Below are positions 63,015-64,000 of a stretch of DNA of 64,000 nt, piece after piece. Below the pieces are notes generated by a model that searched no databases, was not told the DNA's origin, and was given only the letters and a program-made list of their open reading frames with translations. The stretch is from Desulfurellales bacterium (lineage in GTDB: Bacteria > Campylobacterota_A > Desulfurellia > Desulfurellales > Hippeaceae). Each line of letters starts with the position of its first letter. Position 1 is the first letter of the stretch. The position numbers and the translations under genes were made by a program. Location: contig JALVUQ010000048.1 in NCBI GenBank assembly GCA_027035575.1, forward strand, positions 20,958 to 84,957. The letters are read 5' to 3'.

Positions 63015-63492
63015 TGCAAAATACCTTCAATATTTCAGATATGAGCTGCAAAGAGAGCATAAAAAAACCGACGGGCATACATATTTGCGGTATGTATATC
63101 AGGGTTTGAGCAACCGTATCGGCTCTCATTTGATAGATGTATGCCTGATAGACCATAAAGGTAGAGTTGTAGGTTGCAAACAGACTCATCAAAAATGCCG
63201 TTATCAGAGTGATTATTTTGAGTATTTTCGCGGCTTTTTCGGGCAATTTTGATGAAACCACCGTTATTTTTATGTGGGCGTTTTCCTTTAGGGTGTAAGA
63301 AAGGCTGAACATAATAAAAGCAGCAAACATATAGGCGCTGTATTCGTCGGTTATCATAATGGAGCTGTTAAAAAAACTCATCAGTACTATGTTTGTGACT
63401 ATGAGAGTTATCATTACGATTAACAAAAAAGCGGAGAGATAGGCTCCCGCATCAGAGAGCCTATCTATTGAGAGGATAATCTTTTTAAGCAT
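63004..63492 (-). CDS. dctQ: TRAP transporter small permease (DctQ family)
   Basis: 162 aa with four hydrophobic segments. Overlaps dctM by 11 nt. Confidence 0.8.
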   Translation of the reverse strand: MLKKIILSIDRLSDAGAYLSAFLLIVMITLIVTNIVLMSFFNSSIMITDEYSAYMFAAFIMFSLSYTLKENAHIKITVVSSKLPEKAAKILKIITLITAFLMSLFATYNSTFMVYQAYIYQMRADTVAQTLIYIPQICMPVGFFMLSLQLISEILKVFCSDF

Positions 63493-64000
63493 TATTTATT
63501 CAAATATTTCTCGATAATCTTTTTAACTGCGGGTGAAGCTTTGCTTAAAAATTCATCCGTAATTTTCTTTGCGGCTTTATTCATATCCTTTGTAAATCCT
63601 GCGGTCGGCTGCTCAACAACCATATTGTGAGCTTTCAAAATCTTTAGGTCTTTTTTTGTTATGTCTTCGGAATATTTCCACTGTGCGGCTTCAATCTCTT
63701 TGGCAGCTTTAAGCATAGCCTTCTGCTGAGATTTTGACAAGGACTTCCAGTAGTCGAGATTTATCGTTACCATATTGAGCGGATAAGCGTAGTGTATGTT
63801 TGTGAAGTATTTCAAAACTTCCCAGAATTTACCGTTTTTTGTAGATTCGGCGCTTGTCAAAACGCCCTGAATCATATTTGTTCTTAAAGCCGAATATACA
63901 TCGCCCCAAGGCATTGAAACGGCGTTTGCACCAAGAAGCCTTAAGAAGTTTGCCCCGTTTTTATCATACGTTCTGATTTTAACACCCTTTAAATCTTTAA
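63492..64000 (-). CDS. dctP: TRAP transporter solute receptor (DctP family), C-terminal part; the gene starts beyond the window
   Basis: The frame stays open upstream of the ORF-track Met at 63914. Hand translation of 63915-64000 gives ...KDLKGVKIRTYDKNGANFLRLLGANAVS-MPWGDVYSALRTN, the typical DctP core. Confidence 0.85.
   Translation of the reverse strand, partial: KDLKGVKIRTYDKNGANFLRLLGANAVSMPWGDVYSALRTNMIQGVLTSAESTKNGKFWEVLKYFTNIHYAYPLNMVTINLDYWKSLSKSQQKAMLKAAKEIEAAQWKYSEDITKKDLKILKAHNMVVEQPTAGFTKDMNKAAKKITDEFLSKASPAVKKIIEKYLNK

Overview
This is a gene-dense 64-kb chromosomal segment from an AT-leaning bacterium. It holds about 65 CDS, and most gene junctions overlap or are under 15 nt. 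I cannot fix the taxon from sequence alone. The content is overwhelmingly core housekeeping. In order: uvrA-dnaB-rplI-rpsR-ssb-rpsF on the minus strand (transcribed rpsF to uvrA); metF; mobA-rpoD-rluB-like; an 11-gene nuoABCDHIJKLMN operon with no nuoEFG; a gap-free array argD-pgpA-cinA-thpR-recA-pilT-recX-alaS-(85 aa)-MEMO-comEC; a minus-strand block of DUF62 SAM hydrolase, TPR lipoprotein, ruvB, dus, rho and a PLC-like protein; the replication cluster dnaA-dnaN-recF-gyrB-gyrA; another gap-free array of polyprenyl synthase-hemA-hemC-hemD-split transketolase-ftsE-ftsX-envC-ctpA-yibQ-like-tsaD. The window ends in a small accessory/signalling patch: a GAF-HD-GYP-degenerate-GGDEF protein, a CYTH protein, an orphan cytoplasmic beta-helix protein, a CBS-type pyrophosphatase, a sirtuin and a TRAP transporter. 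I saw no rRNA, tRNA, CRISPR array, transposase, integrase or prophage signature. I do not see a convincing, clearly novel multi-gene system. The best leads are: (1) the CYTH -> tandem-GAF HD-GYP pair with a divergent orphan beta-helix gene at 55-59 kb; (2) a pilT-type ATPase translationally coupled between recA and recX, inside a recombination/competence array; (3) an FtsE whose ATPase motifs are visibly degenerate; (4) a markedly AT-rich, A-skewed dnaN-recF block next to a candidate oriC/unwinding element; (5) the NuoEFG-less complex I. Promoter, terminator and start-codon calls were made by eye and are hypotheses.
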